Assembly (NCBI RefSeq): GCF_009914755.1 | Contig: NC_060934.1 | Source: the human T2T-CHM13v2.0 reference genome, Homo sapiens | Strand: one strand, 5' to 3' | Length of the DNA stretch: 64,000 nt | In this document: positions 1 to 16,050 of the stretch, piece after piece | Position numbering within the stretch: the stretch's first letter is position 1 | How the letters are laid out: each line of letters opens with the position of its first letter | The notes under the pieces: model-generated | What the model saw: the letters and a program-made list of their open reading frames with translations, nothing else | Told to the model about the DNA's origin: nothing | Databases searched by the model: none | Made by a program: the position numbers and the translations under genes

Positions 1-325
1 GGCCGGGCACGGTGGCTCATGCCTGTAATCCCAGCACTTTGGGAGGCCAAGGTGGGTAGATCACCTGAGGTCAGGAGTTTGAGACCAGCCTGGCCAACAT
101 GGTAAAACCCCATCTCTACTAAAAATACAAAAATTAGCTGGGCATGGTGGCAGGCGCCTGTAATCCCAGCTACTCAGGAGGCTGAGGCAGGAGAATCGCT
201 TGAACCAGGAGGTGGAGGTTGCAGTGAGCCGAGATCATGCCATTGCGCTCCAGCCTGGGCAATAAGAGGGAAACTCTGTATCAAAAAACAAAACAAACAA
301 ACAAAAAAAAACAGAAAAAAGAAAA
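1..325 (+). mobile_element. Alu (AluS-like), full length
   Basis: GGCCGGGCACGGTGGCTCA start, central A-rich linker and A-rich tail. Confidence 0.95.
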
Positions 326-409
326 TATGTATTACATTTCTTTTAAGAAAAGAATTATCATATTTTGATAAAGTCATTTTATTTTAATGATGCTTATCAT
401 TCTGTGTCT

Positions 410-696
410 GGCAAGTTGGTGCTGGCTGTTGGCCAGGGACCTTGCTTCCTGACCCCACAACATGACTGCCATCACAGCACGGTGACTGGCTCCTTCTGAA
501 GTGGGTGATCCAAGAGAGGGAGGCAGAGGCTGCAATGCCTTTTATATGATAGCCTTGGGAATCATACATAGTCACTCTTGCCATATTGTACTGATCACAT
601 AGGACAGCATGGATTCCTTGTGGGTGGGGACTGCACAAAGCCACAAAATCAGGAGATGTGGACCATGGGAGGCCGTCTTGGAGGCTGGCTGCCACA
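410..696 (-). mobile_element. Old MaLR LTR fragment (MLT1-like)
   Basis: Resembles the MLT1 antisense consensus (gtgatccaagagag...gccatattgtactgatcaca...ggccgtcttggaggctggctgccaca); by eye, approximate ends. Confidence 0.55.
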
Positions 697-1357
697 TACC
701 ATGTTCTAGATTCTCTTATTACAGGAACGGCCTCAGAGTGACCTATGGAGGCCTAGAGTGAATGGGACTTTAAGATTCAACTGAGTTTAAATCCAAAATC
801 CAAGAAGACCATAGAACCTGGTGATTTCCCTAAATGAGGAATAATCTCAAACCAGGACAGACCTCAACATTGATCCCAGTGCATTTTGTCTCACACCCCA
901 GACCCACTGCTGCCTAGTTTCATGCTCCTATATTTGGCTTAAAACTAAACTGATCTTTACAGATAGATAGGCGAAAGTACCACGTATAATAGGTCTTTTG
1001 TTGACAGCTATTCTGTACACAGGAGATAAGTGGCCAGATACTCTTATGATGCAATGATTATGGAGGCAGAGCTTATATGTGCACTTTTAGGTTTGAAAGT
1101 GTTTAGGTTCCAAGCAATTAACTATTACCAACATAATAGAGATTTTTTTTATTTTTTAAGCAATTAAATGGGAAGAGAAAGCATACTTATTAAGTGACTT
1201 TGGTTTTTTTATGGACATTGTACATTTTGCTTCCTCTAACTAAATTCTTAGCTCTCTTAAGCCACTAGTAAGAAGTACAAATATTTACAATCAAGAGTAT
1301 TTACTCAGTCATGGTGTCAGTTTAAAATAACCCAAATGAACAACAATAGGAAAATAG

Positions 1358-2010
<653 letters not shown>

Positions 2011-2721
2011 TGAAAAGTTTTTATATCATTGGAAAGCAGGAGACACATAATACATGAATCTATCTGGGAACAAAACTGTCTATCCCTAATAACCTCAGCA
2101 ATATTTATATGCCCATATAGACAAGAATAGAAGAAATACTGAAAGAAAATATACCTAATGTCTGTGTGTGGTAGAATTGTAAGTGGGTTTTCTATATTTT
2201 TGATATTTTCTAGATTTTCTACAATGAGTAGTATCTTTATAATCATAAAGATGAATAAAAGTTTTAAAAATAGTTTCAATTCTCAATTCAACAATAAAGA
2301 ATTGATCTTTGCTGAAGTTTGCCCTTTGCCCCCAAGTGAACCATAACTACTTCATTACTCACACAATAAGAAACCAGTGAGAACCATGTCTCATTCATTC
2401 ATTCACTTCATTTGTTTGTAACCTCCACTTCATTCCCCAAAAAAGAATTCTCACTGTCTTATAAGAATCCAGTTATAGGACAAGCTGGATTTAGTGGGAT
2501 GAAATCATAAAATGCTTTTACTTTTCTGATTTGATTGCCTTTCAAAGCTTCCAACCAGCTCTCCCTCCCTCAACCCTGGATTATGCTACATTGAGAGATC
2601 CTGTAGTTTTCCAGTCACTTTCCTAGTTAACACACAATCTCATTCTCCTATGCTCTTGAATATGAATGAGTCTTGCAAATTTAAGGCTGTATAAAAAAAA
2701 AAAAAAGCAAGTTGTTTAAAA

Positions 2722-3068
2722 CAGGGATCCCCAGCCTTTTTAGCATCAGAGACCAGTTTCATGGAAGACAATTTTTCCACAGACTCGGGGTGTGGGGGTG
2801 GGGGCAGATGGTTTTCAGATGAAACTGTTCCACATCAGATCATCAGGCATTAGATTCTCATAAGGAGCGTGCAACCTAGATCCCTTACATGCACAGTTCA
2901 CAGTAGGGTTTGCGCTGCTATGAGAATCTAATGCCACTGCTGATCTGACAGCAGGCAGAGCTCAAGCTGTAATGCTTGCTTGCCCGCTGCTCATCTCCTG
3001 CTGTGCAGCCCAGTTCCTAACAGGCCATGAGCCAGTACTGGTCTGCGGCCCAGGGGTGGGGACCCCTG
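2722..3068. mobile_element. MER1B-like hAT-Charlie DNA transposon fossil
   Basis: TIRs cagggatcccc / ggggacccctg; internal ttagattctcataaggagcgtgcaacctagatccc; 8-bp TSD-like gtttaaaa / gtctaaga. Confidence 0.85.
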
Positions 3069-4682
3069 GTCTAAGACTATCTACCATGTGATACTATTTA
3101 CATAAAGTTTAAAAATACACAATTCTGTAACTTGCTTAGTGATATATGCATATGTTGGAAAAGTATTAAGAATTTTAAGGAAAGGAGAACCCCAAAGTAC
3201 CAGTGGTGGTCCTGTCTGGTGAGGGAAGAATAGAGTATGTGCTCTTGGAGGAATACACTAGGGCCTCAACCACATTGTTGATGTTTGATTTTTTAAACTG
3301 AGAGATTGGCACATGGGTGTTTGTCATGTTGTACTTCTTTATGTCTTTGGATGTCTTATATATTACACAGTGATTTTGTAACCCAGTTAATCTAAATCAA
3401 AATTTTAATATCTCATTCAATATATATCTTCTTCCCTTCCTTACGTTTCACAACCCAACCAGTCTCAGAGACTTGTAGTAGTGAGGAAGATAGAGTTTAT
3501 CTTTTTTCTTCCTTTTCCCTGCAACTGGGTGTCTGCAGAAAAGAAGTGGACAGGAGAGGAGATGGGAAAGGATGGGGATAGAGGGAGCACAGAGTCTTAC
3601 TTGATGGGGCAGTTGTAATCTGGCCTTGGTGCCCTCACAGAGACCAATGGAGGGTGCTTTTAGGTTTTCTTACTAGTTACTCTCTCTAATTTTTTCCATC
3701 TCCCCACTGCACAATTACCTAGCAAAATGCAGTGTACCCTCTGGTCAACCTCTTATTCCTCACCCCCTGGGGTCCTGTCCTCACAGGCCCTTTCTGCTAG
3801 GGTCGCCTCATTTGGCAGGCAGACCCTTCAAGACAGCTCAAGCCCCACCTCTTTGCACAGTATCCCCTCCTGACTCACAGGAAATAGTCAGCATGTTGCC
3901 CTCCCAACTCTGCAAGCACAGGACATATCTACTGGAATCCTCTCTCCCTTTGCCACCAGGGAGCTCCAGCTAGCCTCAAATCTTTAGGCAAGAGTCATGC
4001 ACCAGTTCACGTGATCTACAGACTGCCCGGGACACAGGTCAATGTCCCCAGGGAATTCACTTACTGCCCCCTGCACTTGGGGTGACTTCATCCTCTCACA
4101 GAAAGGTGAGCTCTCCCACAATTCCCCCCAGAGAAATATTCCCAAGCTATCTGCTCAGATCCACTTTCTCTGCATGGGCTGAAAGAGAGTGGGAGACCAC
4201 TGTGGGCAAAGCAGTTCAGGTAACACCTTGTGAGGGCCTCTCTTTAGAAGGTGTGGTGCATTGTCATCTGTGGGTCTCAGCAGGAGTTTCAGAATAGGGA
4301 AAGTCCCACTTAACATCCTGTAATGCAAATAATACTTTACAACAAGGTCCCCCAAAATGGGCTGGTGGCTTCATGTCAAAGCTTGATTCAGTAAAAATCA
4401 ATTCTACAGAAGAGGTGAAAACAATGGGCTTCATGTTGATCACTAAGGGACTGGATTGATCCAAGAGTAATATTTAAAAGATCAAGAGGGCCAGATGGGC
4501 CAAGTTTCCCCAGGCAGTCCTCCTCCACCAATATCTGTACAAACCACATTACCCTCTACTTTCCCCTTTTGGCCATAGCTGCCAGAAAAACTCAAACCTA
4601 CATTCAGTGCCCAGCTTCCATAACTAACGCGTCCCATATGCCTATTTGTGTTTGTATCTGTCCTATTTATTTTTCAGTTTCA

Positions 4683-5123
<441 letters not shown>

Positions 5124-5132
5124 TCAGTCTGA

Positions 5133-5441
<309 letters not shown>

Positions 5442-6160
5442 TGAAGAGCCACTGTTGCTGGCTGTCTCATCAGGCCCTGTCTGTGCTCACCAAAGAAATG
5501 ATCACTGATTGAACACAGGGTTAATAGTTGTTATATTATTTCTGGGTAGCACATAGATCCTTGGAAGTTCTGTAGAAAAGAATGCCAACTAGCGCTGTGT
5601 GGGACATAGTATTGTGAAGTTAGTTTTAATGTATTAGGTTTAATATGTAAGTACAAGTCAAAAAGGGTGTTGTTTTCTGATGGTTTTTAAAGATTGACAG
5701 GTTTTTCTTATTGGGTGGGAATGTCTGGATGCAGGGGATGAAGACAGTCAATTGAGAGTATTAAGTTTTCCACATCAGTGGAAGAAAAAAGAGGGGAAGT
5801 CAACACTGCTTTCTGTTCATCCTTTGTGGGAAAATGCTGGGGAGCCTGGAGACGCATGTAGAGACAAGCTCCAGGCTCCTGATCCTCAGAGCCTTGTTTC
5901 TCCCAGATCCATTGCCTCCTGTTCCTGATTCCCAGAGCAGAAGGGACAGTGTGAGCTTTGACCCAAGGCATTGGGCATTGGAGAGAAGGGGAGTTGAGAA
6001 ACTGGAGGGAAAAGATAAGGAGGCTCCCTCCAAGGTGTTTAAAAATGAAAGAAGTGACTAAAATGGAAAGAACTTTATGGAGATTTTGAGAAGTCCCTTA
6101 CCGGGGACCAAACCCAAATCTAGGATCATTCCTGCCATGATGACAGAACCTACTACTGAC

Positions 6161-6164
<4 letters not shown>

Positions 6165-6204
<40 letters not shown>
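6165..6204. repeat. (CA)n microsatellite, about 20 units
   Basis: Direct reading. Confidence 0.95.
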
Positions 6205-6208
<4 letters not shown>

Positions 6209-7018
6209 CATGTACATGCCTTCTCCATGGAGTGGGAAGACTCTCCTCAACCTTCAGCCTCTTCTTTGTCACCTGGGAGCAAAGGCATCACCTGATATCA
6301 GAAAGACTTAAGAGCTCCTGACAGGTACAGGCAACACCACCGGCATCTCTCTGGGTTATGAGCTAGGATAAAAGGGCAAGAAATGGAGGAGAAAGCTTAA
6401 AGGAAGACTCCCGGGCCACACCCCCTAGCTTCCTCATGTCTTAAGAAGAGGGAACTCCACATCTCTTATCCCAGACACAGCTCTCACCTCTGATGAGAGA
6501 AGCTTCCTAATCAACTGTATGAACAATAAGGCTTAAAGAGCTTAAAAACCAGGAAGAAGCCACTGTGTTATTATAGAACACATGAGCAATAAAGCAAAAC
6601 ATCACCTCTTCTCAGTGTTTTGCTTGGGCCCAGTCATTTTTTCTGGTTCCATAGAATAGCATACTTTACTCATGGTTTTTCTCAGTTCTCACTATAAGGA
6701 TAAAATAACCATGCTCTTCCTCTGCAAATTGGCTAATCTTCTCCTTAGGGAGCCCTGAAATAATATTTTTTTTGTTTTAAATTTGAAGTGGAGTGTCGAT
6801 TCCCAGAGGGATTAAAGTTGTCTCAGTGGAAACAAGGGTGAGTTTTGATATTTCATGTGGTGAAATGAAAAAATGTTTTTCCTGGAGGCTCTTGTTTTCT
6901 TTCCCATAAAATAGGCACAAATGCCATTATTTATTACTTTATGATTTCATTTCCCTAGCCAAGTATGTTATCCAGGCATATTAAGTTGCAATAGCAAATT
7001 CTCGATTTTTTTTTGTAG

Positions 7019-7225
<207 letters not shown>

Positions 7226-9242
7226 TAAGTTTTACACGTTAAAAGTGAGGAATGCTCATCTCTTCTTTTTTCCTGTTGATGAGTTGTTTCCTACTTCAGC
7301 TTAGTTTCAGATGGACACCTCATCAAAACCTGCCACTTTTATCATTAAGCCACACTTCTTTATCTTCAAACCTTACCAATTCCAAATTCACATTTACCTT
7401 TCTCATTTTGCTGCTTTGTTCTAAAATTACTGCTCATAATTTAACTTCTTACCATCTGTTACCCCTTTAAAAAAAAAACAAAAACCTAGAGCTATCCTGC
7501 CATTTCTAAGAATTCAACACATTAAATTTCAGAAGGAGAGCTGTGATCTTTTATTTCCTAGTTTTTGTAACAGTGGTTTTTTTAATTCTTGGGTGGGGTA
7601 CTAGGGTGGGTATTAAGATATTTTTAAATCAAATCTACTGACTTAGTTAGGTCTGGGTGATACCTAGAAATCAGTATTTTTATCTCTGCCAACCTCTGGG
7701 TGATTCTAAGTCGAGGGTTAGTGATCTCACTTCGAGAAACACTGCTCTGTAAGGTGTGTTAAAATTAACCCTACACACACAAGGCATCTGCAGGTTTTTA
7801 AATTGCTCAGTAATTCCAGTTTCTCAGAGATTATTTCAAAGATTTTTCACTTAACAGGTTGCTAACATTAGTGGCAATCTATATATAGAGAGAAGACCAT
7901 CTGCAAATAATCACCTCTGCACAGAAAGCCTCTCAGAGCCATTTAAGTTCTTAATCTCCCTCTCTCTCTCTCTCGGCATCTATGTATATATCTATTTCTT
8001 CCAACAAAAGATTTTGTAGATGCTTTTAAGAATAACTATGAATAATTGAGGATATTAAAGAAAAGAAAAATAAGAATATGAGAAAATAAAACATACAAAA
8101 ATGTATACTATGTAGTCTATACAGTGACTAAATTTTGTTCTGAGATTCCTAGCAGTCAAAGGAAAGAGGAAATCACAATTCATTATAAGTTTCACAGTAT
8201 TTGTAAGAAAAATTAAACAGATGTTTGGGAGAAGAATGCCTTCTCCTCATACTGGATCTGGCTGAAATTCCTTCCTTAAATCCTACTGTTAAGGCTAGGA
8301 TACATCAGATAGGAATAGATAAAATAATGAATTTCATATGGCTCTTTTTAAAGAGCCTTCATCTTTAAAGATGAAGCTTTACAATGTGGCTTCATCTGGG
8401 GCTGTGTGTGTATGTCGTTTGACCTTTCTAAAACACCTTCAGGACTGCCACTTTTACTGAGTGTCAGACCCCTAGACTATCCTTTCCTTTCCCTCGAAGT
8501 TCCTTCAAGTGGTAACTTTCTTGCATCATTTTCACCCGTTATGAAATTTTTGTCTCTAATTTTCTCCACAGTCTCTTGTCTTTTTCCTAATCATTTTATC
8601 ACGTACATCCTAAGAACATTTCTCTTCCACTGCCCATTTTCCAAGCCCTGCTGCAAGCACTCTTAGAAGAGGAGAAAAACACAAAAATGCAGATATTTCT
8701 TTTATAAAACCTGTGAAGTCATATTGAAATCCTCACTTTGAAACTTGTGTACCTAAGTGCCAGTGATAGCTTCTTTACCTCAAGTGACTGCTACTCTGAA
8801 AGGAACCTCAACACACAAGTTAGGTTGGTGGGGCTGTTTAATAGAATTCACCAAAACCAGATCAGTAAGCACTATTTCTGTGGCCATCTGCTGGGACTTG
8901 GGAATCCATTCCTGATTGAGAGCCCCATGTTTTGTCCAGTGCAGGGTTATGTGTGCCAAAGATGTGCAGATTGAAAAGCCCATAGGAACTATGCTTTGTT
9001 GATCTGGCTGAAACAGAGACTCTACAAACAGCAACCTCTAGCCCCTGTTCACTTGGCAACAACCAGCCCTGTGAAAACTACAGCAAAGAAAGAAGGGACA
9101 ATCTCATGGTCCTTTGGTTTACCCCACCTACAGGGTGCTCTTATAATTCTTCCCAAACCTCACAGCTACTCCTGCCAGAAAACCACTAGAAACACTCATA
9201 GAAATCTCAAAAAGTGATTATAAAAAGTTCAAGATTTATTTT

Positions 9243-9380
9243 TGCTGGGCCCGGTGGCTTATGCCTGTAATCCCAGCCCTTTGGGAGGCCAAGGCAGGTA
9301 GATCACTTGAGTCCAGGAATTCAAGAGCAGCCTGGGCAACATGGTGAAACCTTGTCTCTACAACAACAACAAAAAACAAA
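9243..9380 (+). mobile_element. Alu left monomer / FLAM
   Basis: Single monomer followed by a (CAA)n/A tail. Confidence 0.85.
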
Positions 9381-10019
9381 CTTCAAGATCTCAGCAGGAA
9401 GGGAATTGGGTTGAAAAAATCTTGAAATGTCAATGGGGTCTTCAAGTAGGCTTGTCTAACTTCTGTACAGATGAAGTTGTGCCTAGCGAGCTGAAGTCGC
9501 TTGTCTGACTAATAAACAGTAGAGCCGGGTCATGAGCCTGACCATGTGTTCAGTCACAGGGGAGGATCCTTTGTCCTAAAATGCTTAAGGCATTTCTTTT
9601 GATTGTAGAGAGACTAACCCTTAGCCTCTTTTTATGTCTAACTCCTGAAGATTAGGAACATCTGAATTCTGAAAGCATTCCAATTACATTTCATATGAAT
9701 TATAATGCTCATTAATAATTACTTTTTTATTTACCAGCATAAAGAATAAATAAACTATGCGTTTGTATGTTTAAAAACATATAGAGGCATGGAGACCTAA
9801 GAGTAGCATGTGGCACCATTGTTGGGAAATAGAAATGAGGAGTATGAAGGTGTGTAGAGAAGAGTATAGAGTCATATAGGAGCTGCAAGTTCTTATTGTC
9901 ATCATTTTCAATATTGTTGACCCTCTTTGGCATGCTGCACCTTAAGAAGGATTTGTACATTTGGAAAAATAAGATATAAGTAGATGATGCCAGAAACCTA
10001 CAATGGAAGCTGCTTCAGC

Positions 10020-10225
10020 TGATTAAGAACTCAAACCTTCCAGTCACATTGCCTGGGACTGAATTTTGACACCACCTCTTACTATTTCTGTCACCTAGGT
10101 AGGTAGCTGAATCTTACTAAGCCTCAGTTTTGTCATCTGTAAACTGGAAATGACAATACTACTTGATAGGGTTTTTGTGAGGATTATAAATTAAGCAAAT
10201 TGCACGGCATACTATAAGTGCCAAT
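10020..10225 (+). mobile_element. MIR fragment
   Basis: Core motif ctaagcctcagttttgtcatctgtaaactgga...gtgaggatta. Confidence 0.7.
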
Positions 10226-10293
10226 ATAGATGGTGGCTATCGTGATTAATGTGTGTATCACACCCTTAAAATACCAAGCTGAAGTTCTGAGGG

Positions 10294-10680
10294 TGATATG
10301 GTTTGGCTGTGCCTCCAGCCAAACTCTCATCTTGATTTGTAATCCCTATAATCCCCACGTGTCAAGGGAGAGACCAGGTGGAGGTAATTGAATCACGGGG
10401 GCGGTTTCTCCCATGTGTTCTCACGATAGTGAGTTCTCATGAGATCTGATGGCTTTATAAGTGTGTGGTTGTTCCTCCTGCGTTCATTCTTTTTCCTGCC
10501 ACCTTGTGAAGAGGATGCAGCAAGGCTTCACCTTCTGCTTCCCCTTCACCGTCCACCATGATTGTAAGTTTCCTGAGGCCTCCCCAGCCATGCTGAACTG
10601 TGAGTTAATTAAACCTCTTTCCTTTATAATTACCCAAACTCGGGCAGTTCTTTATAACAGTGTGAAAATGGACTAATACA
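10294..10680 (+). mobile_element. Solo MaLR LTR (THE1/MST family)
   Basis: Begins TGATATGGTTTGGCTGTG and ends TGGACTAATACA; internal ccatgattgtaagtttcctgaggcctccccagccatgc. Confidence 0.9.
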
Positions 10681-12613
10681 GGAGGTTCCAGCACTTAAGT
10701 GTGGACACCCTTGGCAGTAATCACCATTTCAGAGGCAATCCTCAGTCATCCTCCTCTCCCTTACTGCAAAGAGGTATTTTCTGTGTCCTTCTACCTCAAT
10801 AACCTCGTTAGAGACGCGCCTGGACGATAATCCAACCCCATAGGGATAGGAAAAAAAGAAAGCTAAGCATGAGAAAGTAGAATATCTGAGAAAAGATAAT
10901 AGTTACCAGGATTAACCACACACACACACGTACGCATGTGGATGCCCCAAATCATAAAATGATAGGAAATCAGTTATTCTCCACAGGGAAGGATGCAGAC
11001 AGGCCTCAACCTTATCAATGCCCAACACACAACATCCTTTATCTGCAACAGCTGCCTCAGCCCAGCCCAGACCTTCATACAGTCTCACTTTCTGGCTTTG
11101 CTGGGGATACCTGGGATCCTGTATTTCTCTCTTTCTGCTTCTTTGGCCAACACCTGAGACCCAACATGATTTGTAACAGAGACCATTTTCCCACTATCTG
11201 CACAACATTCACCTTAGGCTTTTTTCTCACTTAAATCTCAACTTGAAACTTGGACACCATTTTTACAGAGAAGCTCTATTTGTATGGATGTCTTTTGTTT
11301 TATGATACTAACTTAAACTCAAGCCAGACAACAATAACATTAGCAATATTTAAGATGCTAATGTTTATTGAGAGCCTATCTTTAAGCAAACACTGCTCTA
11401 AATTCTTTCCATATATTAAACTATTTAATCTTCACAACAGTTCCATTTTACTCTCATAGCTAGCAGGGCCAGGATTTAAATTCAGGCAGACTGGTTCCAA
11501 AACCCACAGACTACTCACATATAATAAGAGAATGCTTATAGTCAAGGAAGGTGCTAGGTTAATTAAAAGCAAGAATTTTCCAGAAGAGAGCATTAAAAAC
11601 GCTAGATTTTATTAGAGAGAACAGCTGTGGCAAGTCCTTTGGAAAGGACATAGATTTACTTCTATCTTAAAAAATTAAATTTACGCTTGTTTGTCACGTG
11701 GTAATTCATGTTCAAGGGATTATGTTAAATTGGCAGGAAGCAAACGAACACTTACAAAGAAAATATTTAACCAGGTTAACAAATACCTGTTGATCACCCA
11801 ATGTAAAATTTTCATCAGGGAACATTAGACAAGTATTTATCTGTCTACGGTTTCTAACTGAATGATACCATGGAAGCTCTTTAGGAACAGGATAAAAACC
11901 TTTCTTCTATTTTTACTCCTTGGTCCTCTCCTTAAGGCATACAACCTGAGTTTGACAAGATAGTTTCTTTGCTGGTAAACCACATCTTTGATCTTCGGTT
12001 AACATTATTTAGTTCCTAAATAAGTCTTAACATTCCACCTTATCCCTTCTTGTAAACCCACAGGAAATTATCTTCTAAGAGAATCAGGCACAAAATTGCA
12101 TAACATTCACTATATCATGTAAGAGACAAAAGCTACTAGTTTCCTGCTTGAAATGAACTTATTTCATTACAAACAATTGTCAATTTTATTTTGAGCATTA
12201 GTCCCTGGAAGATTGCTTTTTAATGGAATTATTACCATCTGGCATTAGTTCTTTTTTGCATTCTAAAATAAAAACTGACGCCAAGAAAGACAGCGTCCCC
12301 TCTCTCCCAGCTTACATCATCTCTGAGCAGCAGAAACAGGCTCCAGAAAAGCCTTATAATTTTTCTTTCCAGACACTATTTTTTTATAATGCTTGTGGTA
12401 TTTCACTGGAACATGCTTGACTTAACTCAGAACTTAAATGGAATATGGAAAACACCATTTATCTTGCTAAATTAAAATCAGAAGTTCTATGTACAAATTT
12501 ACATGTTGTATTTTAATGGGTACTAACACTCACCAATTGAATCCTTTTTGCTCTTAAAACAACAAGAAGTAGGACATGGAGAATGTGGAAATGGTCCCAA
12601 AAGAAAGCCCCTT

Positions 12614-12917
<304 letters not shown>

Positions 12918-13380
12918 CTAGAGGAACAGCTGGGCTGGGCTGAGGTAGCCTAGAGAAGAGGAAGTGAGAAAGGAAAAGTGCAAAGAATTGGTCTTCCTAT
13001 ATTTAATGAGTGTACTTTACCAAGACAGGCGCTGTGCTAAGTGCTTTCCAACTGTTATCTTATTTGATCTTCACCATTATTCTATGAGATGAGCATTGTC
13101 TTTTTGCCATCTAATAGTGAGGCTCAGAGAGGTTGAGTGTTTTGATGAGGTCACACAGGAAACAGGTGGTGATGTTTAACATTAAACCCAGGATGACTGC
13201 AGCAGGCATGTATGAAGCCATTGTGTAAGAGGACATAAGTATTGGTTTTCCAGTGTTACCGAGAGCAATTTCAGAGGGATGGAGCTAAATAAGACACAAA
13301 TGATTTTTTTCTTATTTCACTTTTTATTATGAAGTAACATTAGGAAAAGAGCATAAAATATCATGTAACCCCAGATCTTG

Positions 13381-13714
13381 TGTTTTTTTTGTTTTTGTTG
13401 TTTTATTTTTTATTTTTATTTTTTTGAGACAGAGTCTTGTTCTGTTGCCCAGGCTGGAATGCAGTGGCACAATGCCAGCTCACTGCTCACTACAAGCTCA
13501 GCCTCCCAAGTTCAAGCAATTCTTGTGACTCAGCGTCCCAGGTAGCTGGGACTACAGGTGCCTGCCACCACGCCCAGCTAATTTTTGTATTTTTAGTAGA
13601 GACGGGGTTTTACCATGTTCGCCAGGCTGGTCTTGAACTCCTGGCCTCAAGAGATTCACCTGTCTTGGTCTCCCATAGTGCTGGGATTACAGATGTGAGC
13701 CACTGCGCATGGCC
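13381..13714 (-). mobile_element. Alu
   Basis: Reverse Alu with TSD cagatcttg. Confidence 0.93.
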
Positions 13715-14720
13715 CAGATCTTGGTTTCTAATACCATTCTTCAGTAAAGGGAGGCAAGGTTTCTCCTAGAGAGGCTGATTCGAGGACTGGGGCAGAAAAT
13801 ACACAAGGTGAGCCTGGAGCATGTTGTAGTAAGGAAGTTCTCAAAAGAAACACACAGTGATGGGAGCTGTGAAAGGAATACAAGAACCAACTGGAAGAGC
13901 TCCCAATAGCCACAGCAACAAAATAAATAAAGTAGTATCACATTATAAATCACCCAAAGTATTAAATTAATATTCATGAGCTCATACTGATACAAGTAAA
14001 TGATATGTGTAAATGATAAATAAACAAATGGGGGAGAAGAGATCCATCTTTTGTGCAAAAGAATTCCCAATAACTTAGGCAGATTCTTCACCCTCAAGGA
14101 AGTGCAACATAACTCCCCACTCCTTAAGAGTGAGTTGGGCATGGTGACTTTTTCCCAAAGAGTAGAGTATGGAAATGAGTTAAAAATAATAATAGTAGTA
14201 ACTGTACAGTGGCACATGACACACAGGTCCTCAGCCAGGTGATCAGTATCACCAGAGAGAAGTCATGTTGGTAGTAGGTGCCCTCAATATGATGTGATAA
14301 GAATGATACTTTACCTCTATGGTCTTCCCTCCCCAAACCCATAACCTGCATCTAGTTATGGAAAAAATATCAGCCAAGTCCTAACTGAGGGGCCTTCAAG
14401 AAAACACCTGAGCAGTACTCCTCCAAACTGTCAAGAGCACCTAAAACAAGGAGAGACCCTCATAGTCAAGAGGAGCCTAAAGAGACCTGACAAGTAAATG
14501 TAATGGGAGATCCTGGAAGAGAAAAGGGACATTAAAAACTAAGAAAATCTGAATAAAGTGTGGACCTTAATTAGTGATAATGTGTTAGGATTTGTTCATG
14601 AATTATGACACATATACCAGACTAATGTAAGATGTTAATAGGGAAATTTTTGTGTGAGGTACACTGTCTTTGGAATTTTCTATAAATCTAAAACTATCCT
14701 AAAATTAAAAGTTTATCGAA
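13715..14720 (+). mobile_element. Old LINE-1 3' region (L1MC-like)
   Basis: Motifs cataactccccactccttaag, ggagcctaaagagacctgacaagtaaatgtaat and tataaatctaaaactatcctaaaattaaaagttta, typical of L1M 3' ends; by eye. Confidence 0.6.
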
Positions 14721-15809
14721 ACAGTGTATTTGAATAATTATCAGGTGACTGAGCATAACTAGCATCCAGGGTTAGAACATTGCCAGCACCCCTAAACTTC
14801 TTATTTCCCTTCTGAATTATTACCAGCCTCCCCCTAGAGAAAACTACTATTATAAGTTTTACAATAACATCTTGTTTTTCTTTGTAGTTTTTCTACTAAT
14901 ATGCCTTCCTAAATAGTACAGTATAGTTTTTGCCTGGTTTTGAAATTGACATTTACAGAAATGTATGTATTTATGTATCACAAATACATACCATATGCAT
15001 TCTTGTGTGTCTTGCTTAAAATTTGTGTTATTCCATGTAGTTAGCTATTGCTTATTCATTTTCATTGCTGTACAGAATTACATTGCATGAATACACCAAA
15101 ATCTATGCATACATTTTATTGTTGCTGGACTTTTGGTTATTTCTGGTATGGGGCTCTGAAATGGATTTTCTCACCGTCAGATTTGTGAGACACTAAAATT
15201 CAATATTTGTGGTAGACTTTTTTTTTAAAGAATATCCACGTGTGGGGCAAGGATGTAGAACCTGCTGTTTGAAAGCAAGAATGGTAATCTTGTTCAGGGA
15301 CCATAGTCTAAACTGAGGAGTATCAACAAGCCCCATGATACTGTCGTTGCCTCATCAAGAGGCAGTAGGTGGCCCAAGTGTCTCCTGAGCATGAGAGCCT
15401 TCCTTCCCAGAGACGCGTGGACCAGCCTATGTACCAGCTCCTTCACAATTTTACTCACCACTTTGCTGGTGATGTCTGTGGACCAAATAGCAGAAACCTT
15501 GATCTTACTAACAACTTCCTATGCTTTGAAAAGAATGAGACTCTTGGGCAGGTTCCTGCCAAGGTGGCCATGTAAGAAAGAAGCAATCGCTTGCCTTCAC
15601 TGTTCTCTGATCCTCTTGGCTCAAATAATCCAGGTTCCTGACTCAGCGGAGGGAACGTGCTAAATTTTCTATGCAAACTAGCCTTTTCTGTGTATACCTA
15701 CACACATGCACAGAGAGAGTAGAAATCTAAGGTTGAGTCCAGGAGAACTGTTATGCTTTTCTGGCCACCGTGACCATATTTCCCAAGGAGTGTCCTTTTT
15801 AAATGTCAT

Positions 15810-16050
15810 TTATTTTTATTTTTTGAGACAGGGTCTTGCTCTATTGCCCAGGCTGGAGTTCAACGATGCCATCACAGCTCACTGCAGACTCTACCTCCCA
15901 GGCTCCAGCAATCCTCCCACCTCAGCCTCTTAAGTAGCTGGGACTATAGGCATGCCACCATACTCAGCTAATGTTTGTATTTTTTGTAGAGATGGGATCT
16001 CACCATGTTGCCCAGCCTGGTCTCAAACTTCTGGGCTCAAGCAGTCTGCC
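15810..16050 (-). mobile_element. Alu (AluJ-like, truncated)
   Basis: Diverged reverse Alu lacking its 5' end. Confidence 0.88.

Noticed and set aside
3950-3968. CTCF-like motif ttgccaccagggagctcca
   Set aside because: Single imperfect match; cannot be supported without ChIP or conservation data
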